42,265 nt of DNA. It comes from Atractiella rhizophila. Its lineage: Eukaryota. Made by a program: the position numbers and the translations under genes. This document shows, piece after piece, positions 1 through 11,282 of this stretch. The DNA lies in NCBI GenBank assembly GCA_021432655.1, contig MU271209.1, positions 114,352-156,616 on the forward strand, in the 5' to 3' direction. The notes beneath the pieces were generated by a model. It ran no database searches. It saw nothing but the letters and a program-made list of their open reading frames with translations, and was not told the origin of the DNA. Within the stretch, counting starts at the first letter, position 1. Each line of letters starts with the position of its first letter.

Positions 1-392
1 GTCGGTGGAGGATCAAGAGGGTGAGGATGGATTGGAGGAAGGAGAAGCGCTGTACATATCGTATGACGCGGAACTCTCCCCAGCCCTCTCACGTCGCATC
101 ACTTCGCTCTCTCAGCTCCGAACTCTGTGTGAAGAGCGAATGATGAGATATTATAAGCCAGATATGGAGGTGGAAGAGCTGCTAGACCTTATAGACGTTC
201 GTCTTTCACATTCCTCCTCGTGCGACGGAGCTAGCAGCTGATGGTGAGAGCGGATAGGAGGCTAGAGCGGCTAGGAAGAAGAATTTAGTTATGGCGATGC
301 AGTTGGCTTTAGGTGAGAGAATGGTCCTGAGAGCGGTGGAAGAGAAATGTTTAGATGGCGAAGATGAGGTGGTGGAAGGAGAAATGGAATAG
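1..392 (+). CDS. 3' end of a protein, possibly a SET-domain lysine methyltransferase (Rubisco LSMT substrate-binding-like C-terminus); 5' partial
   Basis: ORF 5.. joins via a phase-0 intron 197-257 (GTTCGT..ATAG) to EARAARKKNLVMAMQLALGERMVLRAVEEKCLDG..., stop TAG at 390-392. The 'MAMQLALGERMVL' helix resembles the C-terminus of SETD6/Rkm-type proteins (from memory, weak). Confidence 0.45.
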
Positions 393-927
393 ATAGTCAC
401 GCTGGAGATGCAAGTGGAGAAGGGAGAGGTGGGTCGTTCAATCTTGGTTGGTGTCAAGTTTGTCTTCGGCAGGAATACACTTGATAAAGACAATAATGTC
501 GAAAGACAAGGCTACCTCAGCAGCCGCAGTGGGTATAATATCATCCCCTTGATGTTATTCCCACAGAGTTTAGAGCCAGAACTTACTGGTGTTGCTCTCT
601 CTCGTCACGATTACTGCGCGGGAATCTGCTCCGCTTTGCGTACTTGTTCGTTGGGCAATTTTTGGATTACAATGTGGATGTGAATTGTTTGCGTACTTTG
701 AAAGAAGCACCAGCCCACCGCCTTTGGAGTGATGTTCAACAGACCCTAACCCGCCCGGTGACAAACTGCAGTGCTGTACTTATGGCGTAGATTCGGACTG
801 GTATGCAGCCCTTTTTAGTCTTTTCAAGGTTGCACATTCTCCCTTGACAGGCACGGCTAGCGCTGAGCGCACCATTCATTTTGATTTCATTTCCGAAAGC
901 GAATGTATTGTTTTGCAGAGGCCGGTG

Positions 928-1537
928 NNNNNNNNNNNNNNNNNNNNNNNNNNNNNNNNNNNNNNNNNNNNNNNNNNNNNNNNNNNNNNNNNNNNNNNNN
1001 NNNNNNNNNNNNNNNNNNNNNNNNNNNNNNNNNNNNNNNNNNNNNNNNNNNNNNNNNNNNNNNNNNNNNNNNNNNNNNNNNNNNNNNNNNNNNNNNNNNN
1101 NNNNNNNNNNNNNNNNNNNNNNNNNNNNNNNNNNNNNNNNNNNNNNNNNNNNNNNNNNNNNNNNNNNNNNNNNNNNNNNNNNNNNNNNNNNNNNNNNNNN
1201 NNNNNNNNNNNNNNNNNNNNNNNNNNNNNNNNNNNNNNNNNNNNNNNNNNNNNNNNNNNNNNNNNNNNNNNNNNNNNNNNNNNNNNNNNNNNNNNNNNNN
1301 NNNNNNNNNNNNNNNNNNNNNNNNNNNNNNNNNNNNNNNNNNNNNNNNNNNNNNNNNNNNNNNNNNNNNNNNNNNNNNNNNNNNNNNNNNNNNNNNNNNN
1401 NNNNNNNNNNNNNNNNNNNNNNNNNNNNNNNNNNNNNNNNNNNNNNNNNNNNNNNNNNNNNNNNNNNNNNNNNNNNNNNNNNNNNNNNNNNNNNNNNNNN
1501 NNNNNNNNNNNNNNNNNNNNNNNNNNNNNNNNNNNNN
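928..1537. other. assembly gap (N-run)
   Basis: Run of n; probably hides the 5' end of the cupin gene. Confidence 0.99.
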
Positions 1538-1540
1538 CAG

Positions 1541-4079
1541 GCGAATCTTACGTCTTTGATTTCATCAATTCGCCGTGCGTCCTCATTGTTAATGCGACGT
1601 GAATACTGAAAGGCACCAGGTTGACGGGAGGAACTGGAAAGGATGGGTTCTTTACGGTCTGTAGTCCTAAATGATGACCAGAATGAAAACTGATCGTACT
1701 GCAGCTCGCGTACGATGGCAACTTCCCAGGAGGTGTTAAGCAAGGAATGTCAGCCGCCTTCTTCGTCCTCGGTCCCTGCGGACAAATAGCGCCTCATTCT
1801 CACCCTCGAGGAACCGAGTTTCTATATCTCATTGCTGGTGGGCCTATGCGATTTGGCATCAATTTCGAAGCCGGTGGACCCGTCGCATATGAGTTTCTGC
1901 AGCCTGGTCAAGCTGTAATGCTTCCAGCGGGATCGATGCATTATGGCGGTGTCCTTGGTTGCGACCCTTCAGTCGTTATTGCTATGTTCAAGTGCGTCGT
2001 CCCTGAGAGCTTGAGAGCGTGACTGACCATTACTGTGACAGTTCAGAAGATCCTGGTTTCCAGTTAACCAACTTTGCTTTCTTCGGATTCGACAACGAAG
2101 CAATTTCAGCCTCATTGGGTCAAGCAGGAGCGACGATTTTGGACCCATCGACCTTCCCCAATGCGCTCAACCTTGGCTTTGAGAGCTGTCGTGCGCAATG
2201 CAACCTTCCTGACGATTATGACATCTCCACCTTGTCTAAGCTTCAGGTCATTGAAGCTGCCTTTGCCGCCTTCTCTGAACGTCAGAAGTCCGGAAATCTG
2301 GATACCACTGCGTCCTCAAACTATACCAATGGTCCTTCGGATTTTGCTGCCGGACTACCATTACCACCTAAGGGTGGGTTGACTGTTCTAAAGGCAGACC
2401 ATAATGCTGAAGAGTTCTACAGTTTCTGGAGATTCGACAATTGGCGGCTACTCTGCCTCCGGTAACAAGACTGCTTCCGCAAACGGTACCTCCAAGGCGA
2501 AAAGCGCTGGAATTTCATCCTCGTCAACGACCTCGACATCTTCAAACACCACTACGTCCTCGAGCTCCCAAGGGAAGATCGCTCCTCCTGCCGGAGTTCT
2601 GGCTAACGATCCTTCTCTCGCTTATGTTGGAGCGGGAGCAACGCAATCCCCTGACAAGATTTGCGAAGATATCTTCATCCCTGTGGACGTGAACATTGCG
2701 AACGTTGACATCACGTTTCCAACCCCTGCCGACGCTTACGACTTGCACGATTTCTTCACGGAGTATGTCAGCAATAAGGGAAACACTTCTGCTCATATTG
2801 GCAAGAATCCTAATAACATCAACACGACGTACACGCTAGGTGCAACCCTCTGCACCCCTACTGATAAATCCGCCGGAAAGTGGTCAACCATCTTCCATCT
2901 CTCCCACGGACCAGGCTTCGATAGACGGTTTTACGATCTATATACTAATGACCCAACTAATACCACGTATTCCTTTGTTAACGCGCTCAATGTGCAAGGC
3001 TACTCGACTCTTGCTCTGGACCTCTTGGGAGTAGGTGCCAGCGATACGCCTGATGGGATCACAGATGTTCAGTTCCCCGTATTCATAGAAATGGCGCATC
3101 AGATCAACCTTAAGCTCAAAGCTGGACAAATCGGAAGCAATGCAACGCAGTACCAGAACATTGTTCACGTTGGACATGCTTCAGGCTCCTCGTTAGGAAA
3201 CGGGCTCATGATTCTGGTAATGTGTTGATTATTACTTGAAAGAGACGTCTAATCGCAAGCATTGTGCAGCACCCCGACGATCTTGCAGCTAGTATCTTCA
3301 CTGGTTACTCACACAACGCGACTGCCGTTCGCACATTCTTTTCGAATTACAATCCTCAGATTCCGAGCGTATGTGCTTCATTGATCCATCTGTTCTTCAT
3401 CCCGTTTCACCGTATTCTAACGATGGCTCCAGCAAGGTGGCGTAAGGATTCTCTTTGTTTTTGATATCACCAATTGCTCATGATTTTGTAAAGGCTGGAC
3501 TGGACTCTAGTGTTTCCGGTGCGGACAACTCCTACATCGTCTTTGGAAATCAGTTCAACCTCCAGACTGCCTTCTTCGTTAGTAGTTTAGCTGCTTCTCC
3601 CCATCACCCAATGTTGATATTTGATTTGTGGGTAGAAAAGGCCTCAATATGAAAAGAGCGTGGTTAACGCGGTCTACGCTCGACGAGCCCCGTTCCCCAT
3701 TGGTGGCCTCTTTACTGTAGGGACCACCATTGCAGCAGCGCCAAATTACACGGGCGCAGTCATGTTTGTCACTGGCCAGGTGAGCTTTTGCGCTCCTATG
3801 CAGAGACTACGCTAATAGGATACAACAGAACGACCTTCCCTTCTGTGGCGGTAAATAAGTTTCATGATCTCTGAAGCCGCCGCTCACGTTGCAACATCAG
3901 GTTTCTGTGGTTATGGTGATGAGTACGTCCTACGTATCGAACCTGGTCTATTCAAAGCTGCGAAGGACGTGACAACCTACTCGCCTGTTCTGACAGGCCA
4001 TGGCGCCTTCTTCCACACCAATTTTGCGTCAGACGTTCTCCCGAACATTTGGGATTTCTTGTCTCGAAATGGTCTCTGA
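1541..4079 (+). CDS. germin/spherulin-like cupin + Ser/Thr-rich linker + fungal alpha/beta-hydrolase-fold domain (multi-exon, 5' partial)
   Basis: Cupin motifs YVFDF, GPCGQIAPHSHPRGTEF, GQAVMLPAGSMHY and N|SEDPG (intron 1992-2041). Phase-1 intron 2374-2422 joins in frame to an S/T linker and then a hydrolase: ATLCTP, LSHGPGFDRRFYD, YSTLALDLLGVGASDTPD, VHVGHASGS, GQNDLPFCGG, TGHGAFFH. Stop at 4077-4079. Confidence 0.8.
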
Positions 4080-4261
4080 GGAGAAGGTGGTAGCGTTGGA
4101 TAAACTGCTCAAGTAGGATTGTTCTATGTCTTTCACGGTGCCGCAGAGGTATCTGTCGTTTTATTACTTCGGTATTGGAATACAGCTGTGTAACTCGATA
4201 CTAGTCCTGAAGGTACTACTGTCCGTTCTGTTCACCTATTTACATGAAGGTCTTCAAAATG

Positions 4262-5473
4262 TCACCATGGTATGACAAGGCTTACATCCTTCCGTACATA
4301 AGCGATCAAATCTCTCGAGCTATATGCCACTATTCTCGTCCGCTGAGGCAAATTCACCATGATCAAGTCCCGGTCTCGTGAGAGGGGGACGTGTATCTCT
4401 TCGAGTGCTGGCCAGTTAACTAGATGCCTCAACATCCGGACAGGAGAGTGACCAGTGTCGCCTTTTCTCAGCCCAAGGTATAACCGTACAATGGGAGTAT
4501 CGATGAAACAATCGAAGAATTTTTGAACATGCTCCTTCCCATCAACACATGCTTCATGATTAGAGTACGGCACGAGGGACCTATCTAATTTGAGCTCCTT
4601 CAAATTCGGCATTCGCAGGCGAGGACACTCCTCAAGAAAGCTCGAGCAATCAACTACGCAATCTAAATGGATAGATTCCAGAGTTTCCGCCGAAGCTTTG
4701 ATGATTTCGAGAACTTGGTACGACGAGGTGGGATATTCCGACTTCCTTGAAAGCTTAAAAGAACGCAGAGTTGTTGGCCATAGATGTAGCGTGTCCACAA
4801 ACGGGTAGTTCATGTCATAGTCCATGGTAAACTCGAAGTGTTGGAGGTTTCGAAAATGTCGATGAGCAAACTGGAGAACAGAGTGGTCGAAAAGTCCAAC
4901 TATGATCAGGTCCGTTAATTTCTCATAAATTTGAGTTGAAGAACTAGAAAGGTCCCATCGAATGTAATCGCAAATGGATCGATCCCAGTCGAGATATACT
5001 CTGTTGCGGGTTTGAAAGAGTATTTGCATCAGTTTGGAAAAGAAAAGTGGTATTCTGGCCGCACTAGTTTCCGCAGACAGCCCTGAAAATTTAAGGAAGA
5101 TATCTCTCGTTCGTGGTGGTAAAAGCGTGAGGCAGGAAGCGAGATAATGAACGATTTTGACTGTGAAAGCAGCTTCGTTGAGATGAATGAGTACACTTTG
5201 AATGTGTTTTCTGCGATCTGCGCGTAAGGATCCTCCTAAAGGCTCTAGATATCGTTTTGAGCCAGGAGTAAGGCCTTCATTAGGTGTAAACCGTAATATG
5301 TTGAAGATGTACGGAATTGCTTGTTCGCGAATGGTTGAGCAGGTCATAGAGAGGAAAAGAAGGGCTCTCAAATTCAGCCGACGCTCTGCAGCATCGTGTA
5401 AAAGTCGAGAATAAAAGAGTTGCCGAATGACTAGAAGCCGAAGTTCAGCTGGCAGACCATCAAAATTGGCCAT
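4262..5473 (-). CDS. F-box-like / leucine-rich-repeat-like protein, intronless
   Basis: N-terminal FDGLPAELRLLVIRQL fits the F-box LPxEL pattern. LxxLxL repeats follow (NLQHFEF, TLRSFKL, TLESIHL, NLKELKL, ALEEIHV). Start at 5473 or 5494. Confidence 0.65.
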   Translation of the reverse strand: MANFDGLPAELRLLVIRQLFYSRLLHDAAERRLNLRALLFLSMTCSTIREQAIPYIFNILRFTPNEGLTPGSKRYLEPLGGSLRADRRKHIQSVLIHLNEAAFTVKIVHYLASCLTLLPPRTRDIFLKFSGLSAETSAARIPLFFSKLMQILFQTRNRVYLDWDRSICDYIRWDLSSSSTQIYEKLTDLIIVGLFDHSVLQFAHRHFRNLQHFEFTMDYDMNYPFVDTLHLWPTTLRSFKLSRKSEYPTSSYQVLEIIKASAETLESIHLDCVVDCSSFLEECPRLRMPNLKELKLDRSLVPYSNHEACVDGKEHVQKFFDCFIDTPIVRLYLGLRKGDTGHSPVRMLRHLVNWPALEEIHVPLSRDRDLIMVNLPQRTRIVAYSSRDLIAYVRKDVSLVIPW

Positions 5474-6819
5474 TCTTCCAGAAGCTATGTTCATCCCGAC
5501 GAGCAGTCAGTCTCAGCGCACTGGAGATACTGATGACCTACCTAGCAGACCACGACCGTCGTTTCCTGCATCTCTTTCCGTTCCATTTTCTGCAACAAGA
5601 GTAAAGCGACCCTTGTGTCGCTTCATCGACAAGGAATCGCCGTCCTCCTCGCGTCCTTGTCCTTGTTCTAATCGCCGGACGTGGCACAAAGCGACAAGCG
5701 CACGGATAACGACGCACAGACTCTCCATTGTTTCAATGCAAGCCCGAAAATGGTCTAATATGCTATCTTACAACCAGGGCTTGACCTCCTGTTGACCTGG
5801 AGAGGTCTGAACTCATGGAAGCTCGTTAAGTTTAAAAGGTTTCATCCGCAAGAATCTGGAAGCTGGAAAGACGCGACTCTTTGATGTTGTTTGGTTGGAA
5901 ACGTCTCGAAACAACCCTCGATTTGGCAAAGTTATACAAAAATTGGGACAGATTTTCACTGTCCGGTTCTAGATTGCACTCAGTGGACCAGCTTAGAAAA
6001 TATTTACACGCTTCGTTCCGGGGAAGGTCCTGAATCACAGGTTGCACCTTAGTTCGTATCGCCAGTATGGAAAGAGGGAAATATGAGAGACAGTTTCAAT
6101 CCGAGCTTTCCTCCGGGTAGCTCGTGAGAGGTTGAAAGTAGGTTTGAAGGTTTTCTGGACCTGCCTAACGGAAACTTTCACCTCGTCATTATCGCAAGAT
6201 GAGAATCATCTGTGAGGAGGTTAGACTCACACAGGTCTAGCATCCTTGGGGGCAGAAGGAGGAAGTCCACAACCTTGGTTGAGCAACGGATGAGGAACAG
6301 TTCCACTGGTGTGGAACTTGAAGCACAAACTTGAACAGCCACAATTATCCAAGTTGGTAGAAAAGAACAGCAGTGACGTGCGCTGTGATTGTATGAATCG
6401 CAATCTGACAGGATCGAGGATAAACAAAACAGCAAACAAACGTTACAACAACCGCGCAGTTTGGAAGTAACCAGCGTAACCAGGGAGTAAACGTCATGTT
6501 TGTGTTCCTTTGAACAAGCTGGAAATATGGAGTTCTTGTTGTCATAACGTTGTCCAAAGTCCAAAGATGGAAACAATTTCATACATTCTGAACCTCCATC
6601 AAATCGTCCGTCACGCAGTTGTGGAGTGTCGCGGTGGAGCAAAGACGTTTCATGTTGTGGGGGCAAGAAGAGGACCAACCAAATTCCCCTTCACATCGCA
6701 GCTCCTTAAGGATAGACTCACACCGTTCCCATCTACCTTGGACGCACAACGAGTCCGTCCTCTGTGTCCTTCCCTTTCTTGCATCAAAGTCCAAAAGCGC
6801 TAACTCCTCTCCACAAATT

Positions 6820-7204
6820 TTAACCAAGCACGAGTGCATGTGCAATTACGAAAATATTGATCAGTATAAGAGGTACTACAGCACATTATCAGCATTTCTT
6901 TTTCTCAGGCGTGGCAAGACAAAGAGTGCCTACTTCGCATGAGCGTCCTAACAGCCCCAATAAGCTGTATAATCCTCAACTTAATGCCAGGGCCGGTGGG
7001 GTCACCATTCGGGTCATAAGAGAACTCTTGACGGTGTGCAGCAGGGTTAGAGGACCAGCCAACTGTTTCCATTCATGAAGTGAACCCATTGAGACTTTCA
7101 TCGAAATACGCACTACGGGCCAAAAAGCGCTCTTCTGAGAGCACTGCGACGGCGTTAATGAGTAGGAGGATAACGTAGAAGAGGGAACCAATGGCTAATG
7201 ACAT
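6820..7204 (-). CDS. YOS1: Yos1 / IER3IP1-like small ER-Golgi membrane protein
   Basis: Exons 7204-7114, 7062-6934 and 6875-6820 splice to MSLAIGSLFYVILLLINAVAVLSEERFLARIGWS...IKLRIIQLIGAVRTLMRIPLILINIFVIAHALVLG*, the canonical Yos1 signature. Confidence 0.93.
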
Positions 7205-7270
7205 CTTGCCTGCTCCCGAAATCGTTGAATTCGTCTTCTGGTTCCACGACTTCGCATTTGTCAACTCATG

Positions 7271-7283
7271 GTCACGTGATTGG
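7271..7283. promoter_or_regulatory. candidate CACGTG + CCAAT composite element in the YOS1/HNT3 bidirectional promoter
   Basis: GTCACGTGATTGG lies within the 193-bp gap between the divergent ATGs at 7204 and 7398. Confidence 0.35.
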
Positions 7284-7397
7284 TATTGCACGATCTTTAT
7301 TCTCTATTCCTCTTCTTCTCTTCATAACGCTTTGAGTCTCGACACTGAGTTTGTTCGATAACTTGGCAGTCGCTAGCGCGCTATAGGTAGAAGAATT

Positions 7398-8520
7398 ATG
7401 GCTGCTCTCCTCGCACTCGAGAACTACGCAAAGTCAAAGGATCCGCCAAAAGAGCTCGGGAAGGGTTGGTTCTTTCGCTTCTCCCTTCATTAGCAACCTT
7501 TCTAACGGCATTACATAGATTTGTATCTTGTGCACGACGAGAAGACGTCAGTTATCTTTTCTTTGGAGCAGCAACTGGATGGAGACAAATGACTTCGCAT
7601 TGGGATTACAGGTTAACAATTTACGACTGTTATCCCAAAGCAAAATATCACTTTTTAATCATGCGTGCGCCATCTGTCTATTTTTTTTCATCTGAGCTTA
7701 CATTTCTTCAGCTCGGTTACCATCTCCTTTCCCTGACGTCCCCGCTTCCTCTCTTTCATCTCTCCGCTCTCTCCTTTCCAGCGCTACCGTGCCCCGGTCC
7801 AAGGTCGTTGAAGTGCTGGAGTATTTGCGAGATAAGGCGGAAGATTTAAAGAAAATAATTGAGGAACGTATGGTGAAGGAGGAAGGGTTTAAGTGGGATA
7901 TTCAGGTGGGATTTCATGCATCGGAGAGTATGAAGCATCTACATCTTGTATATCCTTTTCCTTCGCTCTTTCTCCTTGAAACATTTGCTCTTCTCTCACG
8001 TACTCAACTATCCCTTGGTTTCTGGTTGATAGCACGTCATATCTACGGACTTCCAAAGCGACCGTTTAAAGCACAAGAAACATTGGAACTCCTTCCACCC
8101 GGAGCTAGGTTCGTGCTTTCCTTCCCCCTTTCCGTCCAGTAATTCTTATCTTTGGCAATGAAAAAATGAAAACAGGCTTCTTTCTCCACCTTTCAGACCT
8201 CCTCGAAAACCTTTCATATCCAGAATATACACTCAAAACCAAACTCACATACGAAATGAAACTAATGCCATGTGGAGGGTTGTGAGAAAGAATTCAGCAC
8301 CTTCCCAGCACTGAAGAAGCATGTGGCTGAAGAGTGGGAGAAGAGGAAAAAGGAGGGGCTGAAGGAGAAGAAGAGAGTGGAGAAGAGGAAGGCGGAGGAA
8401 GTGGATGAGGAAGAAAAAAGCGAGAATGAGAAGAAAGACAGGAAGAGGCAGAAGACTGAGGACTCAGGGAGTGAGGAGGAAGAAGAGAAAGGTGAAAAGG
8501 AGGAAAAATCAAAGGATTGA
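7398..8520 (+). CDS. HNT3: aprataxin-like HIT protein with C2HE-type zinc finger and K/E-rich tail (apparent frameshift near 8264)
   Basis: IYDCYPKAKYHFLIM, IQVGFHASESMKHLHL|HVISTD (histidine triad), KHKKHWNSFHPELGFF, then CHVEGCEKEFSTFPALKKHVAEEW in a different frame. Confidence 0.88.
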
Positions 8521-8662
8521 GTGTCCGGGGATCATGAATTCGCCCGTCTTTGTAAGTTATATTGCACGATTCATTTGTAATGTAACATCAGCGTTCAAAC
8601 AAATACATAACTTTCGCTCCACATTTCTTCCCCAATGATCCTCGAACAAATCATTTCGTAAT

Positions 8663-10071
8663 CTAATTTCCTCCATACCCCACTTTCCCAGCAGCAGCTG
8701 TCTCCTGAGTCACCGTCTCCGCCTTCGTACCAGCAATCTTCGGTTCAACATCTACGTTCGTTTCCCAGTGTTTACCCTTCAGTTCACCCTTGAATGCCTC
8801 CGCCAACCTCTTGATTGCGAGCTCTCGAAACTCCACCGCCCTCTCGGTTGCCTTATACTGATGTGGGAAGGGATGTGGAACGTTTCGCGCAAGCCAGCAT
8901 TGGACCCAACCATCACCTTCCTCTCGCATCTTTCTCGCATATGCTAATCCTTCGTCTCGAAGAACATCAACTTCTGCGACAGCGACTAGTGTGGGAGGAA
9001 GGGATTTGAAGTTGGTTTGATGGATTGGGGAGAGGAGGGGTGACGCTAGGAATGAAGAAGTGATGCCGGAAGCAGGAAGGAAGTATCGGTAAAAATACGA
9101 CATGCGGTGGTAAGAAAGGAAGGGACCATCGTGGTGCTCTGTCCAACTCTTGTACGGAGAATCTGTCCCATCCGTTCACCCATCAGCCATGCTCATGCTC
9201 ACGCACTAGTGAAGAGGTCTCGTACCGCGGCGGATAAATAGCTCCTCATCGAGGGCATTTGCATCAGTCACAGGGATTACAATCAGCGCAAAAACAATCG
9301 CCTGGATGCCCTTGTCTCTAGCTCGGTGTGAGAGGATGGCAGAGATATGTCCTCCAGCTGAGAAACCGCCAACGGCAATCTGGGAGGGGTTGATGCGGAA
9401 TTGGGAGGCGTGGGTACGAATGTATTCGAAAGCTGTCCAGCAGTCTAGGATAGGCAGGATAAGTAACAACAAATTTAGGAAAGGAAGCGGGGCAGGCTCA
9501 CCTTCGAGTGGGACGGGGAAGCGAAACTCTGGCGCGAGTCGGTAGCCAACATCAATTACTATCACACCTAACCTGTCTACGACATGTCTGATGAACGCTT
9601 TCCAAGCAAAATCAGCACTTGAGCAACCAGAGGATAAGCAAGCTTACGTTCATCGTCGCCGATGCCTCCAATACACCATCCTCCGCCGTGAAAGTTGATA
9701 TACACCGGTTTCTCCTCCTTTTCTCCTAGCTCTTTCGGCTCATAAACCCTCAGAGTTATCTCCCCCTCCGGTTCCTTAACAGGGATCTTCGTATCCCAAA
9801 TCCTCCCAATCGCAGGCCCCGGTTCTCCTCCCAAGCCTGCAATGACTGGATTTTGTCTGTTCTCTTTCATCGAGACCTGGTGAGCGAGAAACTTCCCCAC
9901 TGCATCCATTCCAAATCGCGTAAATTAAGGGGTAGTGTTATTTGCTGATATTAGCAAGCGAAAGGGACACAAACCAATGTTCTGATTGTACAACTCGACG
10001 TATTTAGGTCCCAAGATTTCAATGTATTTGGGGCTGAGGGAGTTCAACCCAACTTCTTGTGCGAATGACAT
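8663..10071 (-). CDS. hormone-sensitive-lipase family alpha/beta hydrolase (esterase, abhydrolase_3)
   Basis: NFHGGGWCIG oxyanion motif, VGYRLAPEFRFP, GGFSAGG nucleophile elbow, AEVDVLRDEG (Asp) and VPHPF (His). Multi-exon; probable ATG at 10071. Confidence 0.9.
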
Positions 10072-11282
10072 GTTGAACAGTTTCGATGAAGGCTCGCTTC
10101 AGAAGTTGATGCAACTTTGATGATCGGGAAGGTGTGTGCTGGAGGTGTTGTGCTCGATCATCGATTTCTATTTGCTTTTATCATCGTCCCGGTCAAACCC
10201 CACACCCGCGTGGAGGAGGGGGAAAGCACAAGAAGAACGAGTCTGAACGTCTTAGACTCAAGGCAGGCTGAGGCAGGGACACGGCACGAGCACGTAAGGT
10301 ATCAACAGGACAGGGATGTAAATATGACTTACCCAAGGAATGAGATAATTTTGGAACGATGAGACAGGTGCGTTCTTTGCTTCTTGAGTGATCCGCAAAC
10401 GCAAACGTGAGAAGTTTCGGAAGGATAGAACTCCATACTGCGAGCGAGACGAACTGTTGTATGTGCAGCGTGTATCTGGACATCACCCTCCATATCGTAT
10501 ATCGTGATGCGCCGTTGCCGCGAGGAGGTCGAACTGTGGTCGACGTCCATGTCGTGCTTCTTCAACCTCAATAGTATCGTGACTGGAATGTTTGTTTACA
10601 CCCAATCTAAGCTTTATTGTCCTCTTCGAGTATTCGGGACGAAAAGAATTGACACTTGATGTTCCTCTCCTCTCTACGTCAGAGTTGCCTACGGCGAAGG
10701 CAGGCGTAGAGAGAACAAGTGCAATCTGCTTCTTTTCGATATGCACCGATTCTGACTCCTCTCCAGCAGACAGAATCAGACCACTGCCATGCGGCTATGT
10801 TGTAGTGGAACTTGTCTGTCATCCTTACTCTCCATGCAATGCCCTTTCGTTTCATTCCATTCCGATGCATCTCTGTGGCATGTCCCTTTGACAGACTGCA
10901 TAGTACTGCAAAAGGGCTGCCCTCGCATTCGATATTCGATGATCTCTAAGGACTATTTCGTACAACAAGGAGGCGGAGCATGCGGTACTTCCCTTATTTC
11001 TGATCGTATTTGACCTCCTTCAGATTGGTGCCAGACTGGCGCCACCGTAGGACAGTTCGGGCCAACATTCTGGGTTTCTTGGATTTGGTTGGTTCAAATT
11101 ACATGTTTGAACGGGGCACGAATGGGGCACTCTATTCCAATGAACCAGGTTCAACACAGATCCTAGCTTCTCCGCATATGTACTCAAAGTATTCCAAAAG
11201 GCATGGTTCTGGGAACTCTGTCTGCTCTGGTTAACCACTTGCCAGCGGTGTCGCCAGCTTACCCAAGGAAGAAATGGAACGG

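Noticed and set aside
500..927. Short ORFs before the first gap
   Set aside because: No recognisable motif or consistent splice chain.
736..1743. Long ORFs spanning the N-run (also 27182-27493)
   Set aside because: Artefacts of translating N as X.
5500..6800. Several 70-166 aa ORFs between the F-box gene and YOS1
   Set aside because: I could not assemble a coherent gene; they may be UTR/intergenic or an unrecognised gene.
10100..11240. Overlapping short ORFs between the esterase and the membrane protein
   Set aside because: No motifs; consistent with divergent promoter or intergenic DNA.
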